In this document: positions 9,336 through 17,738 of the stretch, one piece after another
Layout of the letters: the number at the start of each line of letters is the position of its first letter
How positions within the stretch are numbered: the stretch's first letter is position 1
Source: Patescibacteria group bacterium
Lineage (GTDB): Bacteria; Patescibacteriota; Patescibacteriia; Magasanikbacterales; GWA2-37-8
Direction: 5' to 3'
Assembly (NCBI GenBank): GCA_041661385.1
Contig: JBAZUP010000001.1
Location: 7,382 to 71,381 of the forward strand
Length of the DNA stretch: 64,000 nt
Program-made: the position numbers and the translations under genes
Notes under the pieces: generated by a model
The model's input: the letters and a program-made list of their open reading frames with translations, nothing else
Databases searched by the model: none
Told to the model about the DNA's origin: nothing

Positions 9336-10943
9336 CTATTTCCAGCGCTTTACCAGGTAGGTTCTGTCCGGTTTGTAGCCTAATTTTTTATAGTAATCCT
9401 TCACGCCCACTCCTGAAATAACCGCCAGATTTTTAATTTTATTTTTTTTACAGATTTTTTCCGCTTCAATAATCAGTTTCTTGCCAAGACCTTGGTGCTG
9501 GCTTGATTGGCTGCCTTTTTTACCGATTCGAATTAACTGTCCGTAAGTATGAAGCTCGCGGATATAGGCTGGGAAAGGTGCAGTTTTATTTTTTAAGCTT
9601 ACAATTCGGAGACGACAAAAAGCAAAAACAACTTGGCGTTTTTTATCTTCAAAACTTAAAAAATATTCCGTACCGCCGGCAGTTTGGTATTTTTCTAAAA
9701 ATAATTTCGGTGTCAGGTCTTTAATCTGCGTTAAATCAACATGGCCGGCTTCACGACAACGAAGGCATCTGCAAACCAGTCCTTCGTTTTTCATTTCCTC
9801 ATGAATCACTTGGCGCAAGTTTGTTACTCGGTTACCTTCTTCAATGTGTTGACCAGGAATGTCGCGGATTAATCGTGAGATTCGCACATAGCGGGGGACT
9901 TCGCTTTTGAAAGTTTTTATAATATTTACCAAATCTTTGGTTGGATAAGCATGATACTTTCCTTGTTGAAGCCAATCATATAGTTCCGAACCTTTTACTA
10001 CAGTGCAAGGGTAAATTTTTATCATGTCAGGCCGAAGTCCGGGGTCGGAAAAAACTTCTCGCAGCATTTTTAGATCGCTTTTTGGTGTTGCACCCGGTAG
10101 TTGAGGCATTAAATGGAAATCAGTTTTAAAACCAAAATTTCTCGCGAGTTCAGTTGCCTTTTTTGCTTGTTCAATAGTATGACCGCGTTTAATTATTTTA
10201 AGTATTTTATCGTCGGTGTGTTGAACACCGATTTCAAGACGAGTGCAGCCTTGCTCGCGCATTTGCCAAAGAGTTTTTTCTGAAATACTATCCGGGCGAG
10301 TTTCAAGTGTGAGTCCAATTATTCGATGTTTGGATTTTTCGTTTATTTTTTGTTGTTTAACCAGCTCGGTTTTTATTTTTTCAAATGGAGAAGTTTCTTT
10401 TAATTTAATTTTTGTACCGTTTGCCGCCGCAAAAGATTGTAAAATAAACCAATATTGATAAGGAAGCGCATAGGCGTTCCAGGTTCCTCCTTTGACAATT
10501 AACTCTATTTTATCGGTTGGGTGGCCGTTGCGCTCAATTGATTCCAGGCGGCGTGCCATTTGTTCGTAGGGGTTAAATTTTAACGAAAGGGCGCGGCTGG
10601 CAGCTGGTTCATCGGCCAGGTAACTTTTAGGCATTCGAACGTCTAGCGGGCAATAAATGCATTCTCCGGGGCAAGGATAAGGCTTAACAAGCGACGTAAC
10701 AATGGTGACGCCGGAAAGAGTTCGAACCGAACGACGCGTTAAAAGTTTTTCCATTGCAGGGCTGGTTTTGATGCTTTTCTTTCGCAATAAGCTGTGGTAT
10801 GCTTTAAGCAAATCAGTTTTATCAGGAGTGCCTTTTGAGGTCGGAAATTGTTTTACTAAAGCTCGTTTTAACACGCTAAACTCAAGCTCATTTTTAGGGA
10901 GTTTTTTTAGAGCGGAAAATACAATTTTTTCTGCCAAATTCAT
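9336..10943 (-). CDS. elp3: Elp3 tRNA wobble-uridine carboxymethyltransferase (radical SAM plus KAT)
   Basis: RTLSGV, CPGECIYCP, PKSY, GGTW, ETRPD, PDMIKIYP, RLIRDIP, CRCLRCRE, RELHTYG, QHQGLG, ISGVGVKDYYKKLGY. Confidence 0.95.
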   Translation of the reverse strand: MNLAEKIVFSALKKLPKNELEFSVLKRALVKQFPTSKGTPDKTDLLKAYHSLLRKKSIKTSPAMEKLLTRRSVRTLSGVTIVTSLVKPYPCPGECIYCPLDVRMPKSYLADEPAASRALSLKFNPYEQMARRLESIERNGHPTDKIELIVKGGTWNAYALPYQYWFILQSFAAANGTKIKLKETSPFEKIKTELVKQQKINEKSKHRIIGLTLETRPDSISEKTLWQMREQGCTRLEIGVQHTDDKILKIIKRGHTIEQAKKATELARNFGFKTDFHLMPQLPGATPKSDLKMLREVFSDPGLRPDMIKIYPCTVVKGSELYDWLQQGKYHAYPTKDLVNIIKTFKSEVPRYVRISRLIRDIPGQHIEEGNRVTNLRQVIHEEMKNEGLVCRCLRCREAGHVDLTQIKDLTPKLFLEKYQTAGGTEYFLSFEDKKRQVVFAFCRLRIVSLKNKTAPFPAYIRELHTYGQLIRIGKKGSQSSQHQGLGKKLIIEAEKICKKNKIKNLAVISGVGVKDYYKKLGYKPDRTYLVKRWK

Positions 10944-10956
10944 AGTAAAGTTGAGT

Positions 10957-11649
10957 ATGGACATTATACAGAAGACCCGCGACGATTACAATAAAATTGC
11001 CTCTTTTTTTGCAGAAACCCGCAGTCATCCGGGTGAGCTGGTACAGTTTAAACCTTTTATCGCGGACGGTCAACAGATTCTGGATTGGGGTTGCGGGAAT
11101 GGCCGGCTGCTTTACATGCTTGAAAAATTTAAAATTAATTATTTTGGCCTTGACCAAAGCAAGGGCCTTTTAAATCAAGCTGAAGCGGAACACCTCAAAC
11201 TGATAAAAAATAAAACTGCCGCATTTTTTTGCACTGCGCATCGTGAAAAAAAATTCCCGCCGGAAACTTTTGATCTAATTTTTTTAATTGCGTCATTTCA
11301 TCATTTGCCGGACAAAAAAAGCCGGCTCAAATTATTAAAAAAATTATATCAGGAATGCAAGACAGGCGGTAAAATGGTCATGACCAATTGGAATTTGGAT
11401 AGCGTCTGGGCAAAAAATAAATTAAAAATTGACTGGGAAAAAACTGGTGACGATGATTTTCTTATTCCCTGGAAAGACAAGAGCGGCAAGGTTTTAGTTA
11501 AACGGTATTATCATAATTTTCAAAGAGATGAAATTAAGGAACTCGCTGTTAAAGCTGGCTGGAAAGTGTTAAAATTATATTATTCAGATGGTCCGGGGGA
11601 GGCAAATAAAAAAACCGGTAAAAATTTGGTGTTAATCGCTGAGAAGTAA
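10957..11649 (+). CDS. Class I SAM methyltransferase, Trm9/ALKBH8-like
   Basis: YNKIASFFAETR, LDWGCGNGR, FDLIFLIASFHHL...R, GGKMVMTNW, DFLIPW, RYYHNF..EI are collinear with Trm9 motifs. True start ATG 10957. Confidence 0.8.
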   Translation: MDIIQKTRDDYNKIASFFAETRSHPGELVQFKPFIADGQQILDWGCGNGRLLYMLEKFKINYFGLDQSKGLLNQAEAEHLKLIKNKTAAFFCTAHREKKFPPETFDLIFLIASFHHLPDKKSRLKLLKKLYQECKTGGKMVMTNWNLDSVWAKNKLKIDWEKTGDDDFLIPWKDKSGKVLVKRYYHNFQRDEIKELAVKAGWKVLKLYYSDGPGEANKKTGKNLVLIAEK

Positions 11650-11650
11650 T

Positions 11651-12868
11651 ATGCGTATTCTGCAAATTGAAAAATTTTTTTATAACCGAGGCGGCTCAAG
11701 TCGTGTATTTTTTGACACGATTGAAGGTTTGCGCCGCAGGGGTAATGAAGTCGCAGAATTTTCTATGCAAGACGGACGTAATTATCCGTCTAAATATGAA
11801 AAATATTTCGCTCCATCTTTGCCGGAATTAAAAAGCCGCTTAAGTTTTAGAGAACAATTTCAGGTTTTTAAGCGGTTATTTAAATCGGAAATAATTGAAA
11901 CCAAACTAACAAATTTAATTGATGATTTTAAACCAGAAGTCGCGCACATTCATAATGCCTATCATCACTTATCTGCCAGCACGTTTATTACTCTTCAGAA
12001 AAAAAATGTTCCGGTAGTTTTAACATTGCACGATGTTTTTCCGCTCTGTCCGAATCACAGCTTATTAATAGGGGAAACACTTGGCGAAAAAGAGCTAAAA
12101 AATAATTTATTCAATTGTCTTCGTTATAAATGCGTCGACGGAAAATTTTTACCAAGCCTCGCCGGGGTATTTGAGGCGCTTTATTATCGGTATCATGGGG
12201 TTTGGAAAAATATTAAAATTTTTATTTGCCCAAGTCAGTTTATGGCCGATAAAATGGTGGAGTATGGTTTTGCGCGTGAAAAGATGCGCGTCATTCGTAA
12301 TCCATTTGTGGTTACACCGTCAGTTTTGCCATTGGGAGATAAAGTTGTCTATCTTGGCCGTTTACATCATGAAAAGGGGATAAAAGTATTTCTTCGTGCC
12401 GCGGAAAAACTTCGAGATTTGCAGCTCGTTGTAGCTGGCAGCGGACAAGATGAAAATTGGGTGAATAATTTTTTGAAGGAAAAAAAATTAAATAATGTTG
12501 AAAGAGTTGGTTGGGTCAGCGGGGAAAAATGGAAACAAATAATGAACGAAGCACGGGTGGTGGTAGTACCGTCGGTATTTTTAGAAAATTGTTCAGTAAG
12601 TATTTTAGAAGCGTTAAGCCACGGCCGATTGGTAGTTGCTAGTGACCGAGGGGGAAATCCGGAAATGATTATTAACGGCAAGACCGGATTTTTATGTCGC
12701 CCAGAAGATCCAGATGACCTTGCTCGCGCAATTCGTGAGGCGATAGAATTACCCGATGCGGAAGCGCAAAGAATGATTGCTTTTGGTCGAGAATTAGTTG
12801 AAACAAATCATAATCCTACAAATTATTTTACGAAATTAAAAGGGGTTTATAATGAAGTAATTAAATAA
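11651..12868 (+). CDS. GT4 family glycosyltransferase
   Basis: HIHN, TLHD, YLGRLHHEKG, PSVFLENCSVSILEA, ASDRGGNPE. Confidence 0.9.
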   Translation: MRILQIEKFFYNRGGSSRVFFDTIEGLRRRGNEVAEFSMQDGRNYPSKYEKYFAPSLPELKSRLSFREQFQVFKRLFKSEIIETKLTNLIDDFKPEVAHIHNAYHHLSASTFITLQKKNVPVVLTLHDVFPLCPNHSLLIGETLGEKELKNNLFNCLRYKCVDGKFLPSLAGVFEALYYRYHGVWKNIKIFICPSQFMADKMVEYGFAREKMRVIRNPFVVTPSVLPLGDKVVYLGRLHHEKGIKVFLRAAEKLRDLQLVVAGSGQDENWVNNFLKEKKLNNVERVGWVSGEKWKQIMNEARVVVVPSVFLENCSVSILEALSHGRLVVASDRGGNPEMIINGKTGFLCRPEDPDDLARAIREAIELPDAEAQRMIAFGRELVETNHNPTNYFTKLKGVYNEVIK

Positions 12869-12909
12869 AGGGACTTGTTTTACGACTCAATATCCCTGTG
12901 GATAACCCT

Positions 12910-12938
12910 TTGACCGTTTTTTCCATTCAGCGTATAGT
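12910..12938 (+). promoter_or_regulatory. sigma70 promoter TTGACC-N17-TATAGT, with a DnaA-box match TGTGGATAA at 12897-12905
   Basis: Near-consensus hexamers, 18 bp upstream of the small ORF at 12957. Confidence 0.7.
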
Positions 12939-12956
12939 TAATCTCAGTATAAAAAT

Positions 12957-13067
12957 ATGAACTTAAATTACACCCGAAATAATGTAGCAATTAAGTTGGC
13001 AGTCGCTGCTGCCTTGCTTCAAGCTATTTGTTTTATCTCGGGTGAACATAGTTCAAATCTTGCCTAA
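12957..13067 (+). CDS. Putative 36-aa leader peptide MNLNYTRNNVAIKLAVAAALLQAICFISGEHSSNLA
   Basis: Hand-translated ATG..TAA ORF directly after a promoter and overlapping attenuator segments 1 and 2. Confidence 0.55.
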   Translation: MNLNYTRNNVAIKLAVAAALLQAICFISGEHSSNLA

Positions 13068-13116
13068 AAGATTATATCGAACCAAATTCACCCGAGATAA
13101 TATCTCGGGTTTTTTT
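12971..13116 (+). promoter_or_regulatory. Attenuator-like RNA with four mutually complementary segments ending in a U-tailed terminator
   Basis: Segment 1 CACCCGAAATAA 12971-82; 2 TTATCTCGGGTGAA 13033-46; 3 TTCACCCGAGATAA 13087-100; 4 TATCTCGGGT 13101-10 running into a T7 tract. Confidence 0.7.
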
Positions 13117-13225
13117 ATAACGTAAGAATCGGCCAGAAAGGATAATTTTGCATTTTGGCCGGTCCTTAAGTTAATAGGGCCAAAACCTACCCCAGTGGCG
13201 GGGTAAACCAGGGAGGTAGTACGTA

Positions 13226-13618
13226 ATGTGCGAAAATTCTGTTGAGGCAACTCTTCACCGTACGCTGCTGAGCAGGCACACCGCTCAGTCGAGACTCTCG
13301 CATTACGAGGGTTCACCCGAAGAGCTCAGGGAGCTCGCGCGGGTCGCCTGGCTGTTCGCCGGGTCAAGGCCGGGCAAGTTGCCCGACACGGTCGTTCTTT
13401 CCGGCGGCATTCCGCCGACCGGTTTCTTCAGTAAGGATGGTGCGACTCGCACCACCCACGGGATGCTGAAGCCCGAGGCGGTACGCGTGGACATCATCGT
13501 GCTCATCACGAAGCGGGGCGCCTGCAAGGGCGCTGCCGAGATCCAGGTCATCGATTTCCAGGCCTGGGATTCCGAGGTCTGGGAGACGCAGAAGGCACGC
13601 AGTGCCGTAGCCGCCTAA
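13226..13618 (+). CDS. Hypothetical protein, GC-rich orphan
   Basis: GGGAGG SD 9 bp before the ATG; strong G/C third-position bias in this frame; no recognisable family. Confidence 0.6.
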   Translation: MCENSVEATLHRTLLSRHTAQSRLSHYEGSPEELRELARVAWLFAGSRPGKLPDTVVLSGGIPPTGFFSKDGATRTTHGMLKPEAVRVDIIVLITKRGACKGAAEIQVIDFQAWDSEVWETQKARSAVAA

Positions 13619-13790
13619 GGGCGGCAAAAAAAGGTCTGGCGAAGCCTTGTCCGGTTCTTAATAAAAGAACTGACCAAATTCGCCGCATCATTGGCTACCG
13701 ATATTATTATCGATATCCATCGTGCAAACAAGGTTTCTAAATGGTGACGGTTTGCTTTTTTTTTGCTATAATAGGCGTATTAGAAACTCT

Positions 13791-14714
13791 ATGTGGCTTT
13801 CCGTTGCGTTTATTGGCTATGCGTGTCTCGCTGTAGTCTCCATTCTTGATAAATTCATTCTCTCCAAAGAGAAAATTCTTCCGTCCGTTTTTGTATTTTA
13901 TTCTACAATTTTTCTTTTACCGCTCAACTTTGCGGTATTTTTTCTGTCTGCTCGTCCATCGATTTATGTTTCTGGCGTGATAATTTTGTCTGCGGCGGCT
14001 TTTTCGTTTGGACTTTGGACAATGTACCGCGCTTTTGAAAAAAGTGAAGTTAGCCACATGGGTCCTTTTATCGGCGGGCTTATTCCGTTGTTTATTCTCG
14101 TTTTAGGACAGATTTTTTTACCAGAATTCATTACTACCAAACAAGTTATTGGGATCTTGCTCCTCAGTTTTGGCACGATTACCATTTCAATTCAAAAAAA
14201 CATGGGGCGATATTGGAAAAATAGTATTATCTGGGCGTTGGTTGCAGCGGTCTCATTTTCTATTTCTCACATTTCATCCAAATATGTTTATTCCGCAGTC
14301 GGTTTTGGAGCGGGCTTTACCTATATTTGGGGTGCAATGGGTTTTGTCGGGTTAGCGCTGTTATTTACAAAAAATGTTCAGTCAGCAGTTTTTCCTCATC
14401 GCAATATAATTATTTCATTAAAAAACAAAATTTCTTTTCAACATAATAAATCTAAACATCAGGTGGTCGTGGTTGCATCCGACAAGGTGCTTAGCGCGGT
14501 TGGTTCGCTTTCAATTCAATATGCAGTATCGCTTGGCAGTGTTACCAAGGTGTATGCGCTGAGTGGCGCGCAGTATGCTTTTCTAATTTTATTAGTATTT
14601 ATTTTGTCTAGATTTTTTCCGAAAATTTTTCGAGAAAAATATGACGATGGTGAAGTTTATCGTGAATTGATAGCAGTAATTATTATTGCTGTTGGTCTAG
14701 CTTTTTTGGTTTAA
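13791..14714 (+). CDS. EamA/DMT family transporter
   Basis: About 10 TM helices in two repeats; ILDKFIL, EVS..GPFIG, LGQIFLPE motifs; TGCTATAAT extended -10 upstream. Confidence 0.8.
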   Translation: MWLSVAFIGYACLAVVSILDKFILSKEKILPSVFVFYSTIFLLPLNFAVFFLSARPSIYVSGVIILSAAAFSFGLWTMYRAFEKSEVSHMGPFIGGLIPLFILVLGQIFLPEFITTKQVIGILLLSFGTITISIQKNMGRYWKNSIIWALVAAVSFSISHISSKYVYSAVGFGAGFTYIWGAMGFVGLALLFTKNVQSAVFPHRNIIISLKNKISFQHNKSKHQVVVVASDKVLSAVGSLSIQYAVSLGSVTKVYALSGAQYAFLILLVFILSRFFPKIFREKYDDGEVYRELIAVIIIAVGLAFLV

Positions 14715-14718
14715 TATT

Positions 14719-15723
14719 ATGAATCACTCCAGGTTTCAGCATCCGAAATTAATGTTGGTTACGGTGTTATTGGCTTTTATTACTATCGCTTGGGCGTGGT
14801 TTATATTTTTTGACAGTATTCACAACAAAAATATGTCTTATGGTTTTTCGTTTGATCCAGAATACGCCGGTTCTTTGAAACTAGATCCCCAAGAGGCGTT
14901 TAAAACAATTATCAATGATTGGAATTTTAAGTATGTTCGTTTGCCGGCTCATTGGGAAAAAATTGAAGCTACCAAAGGCGTTTTTAATTTTAATGAAATA
15001 GATGGATATATTTCTGAAGCAGATAAATCTGGTGTAAAAGTAATTTTGGCCATTGGTAATAAAACACCGCGTTGGCCAGAGTGCCATGCTCCGGCTTGGG
15101 CAAATGCTTTGCCTCGTGAAGAATATATGGTTGAGCTTCGAAAATACATGAGTCAGGTTGTTGAGCATTATAAAAATCATCCTTCAATCGAAATGTGGCA
15201 AGTGGAAAACGAACCGTTTTTACCATTTGGTGAATGTTTGCTTTTGACTCATGCCGAATTAAAAGAAGAAATTAATTTGGTAAAGAAAATTGATGGTAAT
15301 CATCCGGTACTCGTTGCTGACAGCGGCGAACTTAGCACATGGTATTTTACCAGTAAAGCAGCCGATTATTTTGGTACTACATTATATCGGGTTGTTTGGA
15401 ACAAGGTTCTTGGTTATTGGAATTATGATTGGGTGCCGGCGGTTATATATCGTTGGAAAATGTTTTTAGTTGGCAGACCGCTCGATAAAGCGTTTGTGGT
15501 GGAGCTGCAGGCCGAGCCGTGGTCACCAAATCAACCCCTCATGGAGTTGCCGATTGCGGAACAAAATCGATCCATGAATATAACTCGTTTAAAAAAGAAC
15601 ATTGATTTTGCGCAGCGTATTGGAGTCGCTCGTACTTATCTTTGGGGTGCTGAATGGTGGGTTTGGTTGCGTAAAAGTGGTTATAACGAAATTCCAGATT
15701 TTATCAGCACGCTTAATAAATAA
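14719..15723 (+). CDS. Membrane-anchored clan-A glycoside hydrolase (GH5/GH42-like)
   Basis: N-terminal TM, VRLPAHWEKIE, acid/base WQVENEP, nucleophile region ELQAEPW, YLWGAEWW. Confidence 0.8.
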   Translation: MNHSRFQHPKLMLVTVLLAFITIAWAWFIFFDSIHNKNMSYGFSFDPEYAGSLKLDPQEAFKTIINDWNFKYVRLPAHWEKIEATKGVFNFNEIDGYISEADKSGVKVILAIGNKTPRWPECHAPAWANALPREEYMVELRKYMSQVVEHYKNHPSIEMWQVENEPFLPFGECLLLTHAELKEEINLVKKIDGNHPVLVADSGELSTWYFTSKAADYFGTTLYRVVWNKVLGYWNYDWVPAVIYRWKMFLVGRPLDKAFVVELQAEPWSPNQPLMELPIAEQNRSMNITRLKKNIDFAQRIGVARTYLWGAEWWVWLRKSGYNEIPDFISTLNK

Positions 15724-15748
15724 AAAACAATCCAATTTGGATTGTTTT
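15724..15748. terminator. Bidirectional terminator hairpin
   Basis: AAAACAATCCAA-t-TTGGATTGTTTT between the convergent GH gene and tRNA. Confidence 0.6.
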
Positions 15749-15749
15749 G

Positions 15750-15823
15750 TGCGCGCTGGGGGATTCGAACCCTCGACCCCCTCGGTGTAAACGAGGTGCT
15801 CTAACCAACTGAGCTAAGCGCGC
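15750..15823 (-). tRNA. trnV: tRNA-Val(TAC), CCA not encoded
   Basis: Reverse complement GCGCGCTTAGCTCAGTTGGTTAGAGCA-CCTCG-TTTACAC-CGAGG-GGGTCGAGGGTTCGAATCCCCCAGCGCGCA folds as a cloverleaf. Confidence 0.97.
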
Positions 15824-15893
15824 AAGGCACAAACATTCTATACTAAAATTAAAAAAAAGTCCAGAGTAGAGATGTAGATCACATTAAAATTAC

Positions 15894-17072
15894 ATGCGTT
15901 CAGAAAAACAAGTATTTTTACATCGCGGCATTTATAAACCTTCTGCTACACTTTCAGAGGCGGTGTTTATGATTACCGGCATGACCATTGGTGCGGGAGT
16001 TCTCGCCATTCCTTATGCTGTAGCACAGGTCGGACTTCTCACCGGCATTGCTTATATTGCCGCTCTTGGTTTAATTATAATGTTTTTAAATTTAATGATC
16101 GGGGAGATCGCCAGCCGCACAAAAGAGCCGATGCAACTGGCTGGTTTTGCCGGAAAATATCTTGGGAGTTGGGCAAAATATTTTCTTTCTTTTATTTTCT
16201 TATTTAGCGCTTTTGGAACTTTGCTCGTTTATGTTATCGGTGAAGGAACTTCGCTCGCTGCAGTTTTTGGCGGTTCACCCACGCTTTGGAGTGTGGTTTT
16301 TTGGTCAGTCGGTAGTTTTCTTATCTGGGGTGGTTTAAAGCGAATTAAAAGCATTGATAAATTATTCGGTATCATAATTATGGGAATAATTACCGGATTA
16401 TCACTTTATCTTTTACCGCGTTTTAATTTTGCGGAATTATCATATTTTGACGGCTCACAGATATTTTTTCCGCTAGGTGTAATTCTTTTCGCTCTTCATG
16501 CCTCACCGGCAATTTCCGAAGCCCATGCTCTTTTGCCGAATCGAGCTCGTGATTTTCGTCGAGCTTTAATTCTTGGAACTATCATACCAATTCTATTGTA
16601 TATTATCTTTACGATTGCGGTGGTTGGTTTTACTGGAGCCGAAACGTCCGAAATAGCGACCATTGGGCTTGGCGTGGCTCTAGGGCCGTTTATTGGGGTT
16701 ATGGCGAATGTTTTTGCTGTCTTAGCCATGAGCACGGGTTTTATTGGCCTTGGCACAGCTTTGCGTGAGACATTATCATGGGATTTAAAGGTGCCAGATA
16801 AAGGATCGCTTTTTTTGGTTGTTTCAGTACCTTTAATTCTATTTCTATTTGGAATTCGTAGTTTTATTTCGGTTTTGGATGTTGTTGGTACAGTTGGTAT
16901 TGCTTTTGAAGGTATTATTATGGGGTGGGTATATCTGCGGGCGCGCAAGGGCTCAGATGCATTGCCGGAAAGTTACTTATCTCCGCGTCATCCATTACTT
17001 ATTTCTTTTCCGGTTATCGCGTTCTTCGGTTCACTGCTTCTCTTTAGTTTCTATCGTTTTTTTGTAAAATAA
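15894..17072 (+). CDS. Aromatic amino acid permease (TyrP/Mtr, HAAAP family)
   Basis: ITGMTIGAGVLAIPY, GVILFA, TGFIGLG; about 11 TM helices. Confidence 0.85.
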   Translation: MRSEKQVFLHRGIYKPSATLSEAVFMITGMTIGAGVLAIPYAVAQVGLLTGIAYIAALGLIIMFLNLMIGEIASRTKEPMQLAGFAGKYLGSWAKYFLSFIFLFSAFGTLLVYVIGEGTSLAAVFGGSPTLWSVVFWSVGSFLIWGGLKRIKSIDKLFGIIIMGIITGLSLYLLPRFNFAELSYFDGSQIFFPLGVILFALHASPAISEAHALLPNRARDFRRALILGTIIPILLYIIFTIAVVGFTGAETSEIATIGLGVALGPFIGVMANVFAVLAMSTGFIGLGTALRETLSWDLKVPDKGSLFLVVSVPLILFLFGIRSFISVLDVVGTVGIAFEGIIMGWVYLRARKGSDALPESYLSPRHPLLISFPVIAFFGSLLLFSFYRFFVK

Positions 17073-17090
17073 AAAAATATATTTAATAAC

Positions 17091-17717
17091 AATAGCGCGG
17101 CCTCAGCCGCGCTTTTTTTGTTTTTATTTTATAATAAATATCGCCTTGTCGGGCGGATGTTCGCTACCCCATTTGTGCAAACAAACGGGGTAGCACCCCA
17201 AAATTGCCGAGCTAGCTGTTCGGCTCCGCAACTCACATCAGCTCAACGAGCTGTGGCGCAGAACTCGTCGCTTGACACTCCTCAAACAGCTGCACCACCC
17301 ACGCTCGTTTTCACTGTGTCGAGTTGTGTCACCTCACATGCGCTCGGAACCGAACGTTGGCTAATTACCAACTGGTGACCGAGCCTATACGTAGTGAGTT
17401 GCAAACTACCCGAGGAAATTAGATTTTTTCAATGTGATTATGCTGATTTGAAAAAATCTAATTTCGCCGGCCATTTATTCTCGTTCCACAAAGGCTCGGA
17501 GGTGAATTGTTGGTAATTGGCCAACAACGGGGGTTTGGGGAAGTCGATATCCCGAGTTCTCGCGAACGAGTGGTTATATCGACGATCTCCCCAAAACCTT
17601 TGGTTACTTTCAGTTATGAAAGTAACATTGAGAATAATTTAAGAGAAAATAGAGTAAACATCGCGATAGCGATAAGATGTATTTAAATATAAATAGCGAG
17701 GCTGAGGCCGCGCTATT
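17091..17717. repeat. Modular quasi-palindromic non-coding element, copy A, bounded by inverted REP-like hairpins
   Basis: 23-bp terminal IR with 1 mismatch (17091-113 / 17695-717); 71-bp block 70/71 identical to 20129-199; central 18-bp IR at 17415-32 / 17448-65. Confidence 0.85.
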
Positions 17718-17738
17718 ATAATAATTAATTAAATTTGT

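Noticed and set aside
10702-10956. 85-aa N-terminal extension of the methyltransferase ORF
   Set aside because: It is antisense to elp3; Trm9-like similarity starts at Met 10957.
12897-12905. Replication origin suggested by a DnaA box
   Set aside because: Single intergenic box, no cluster and no dnaA/dnaN nearby; at most regulatory.
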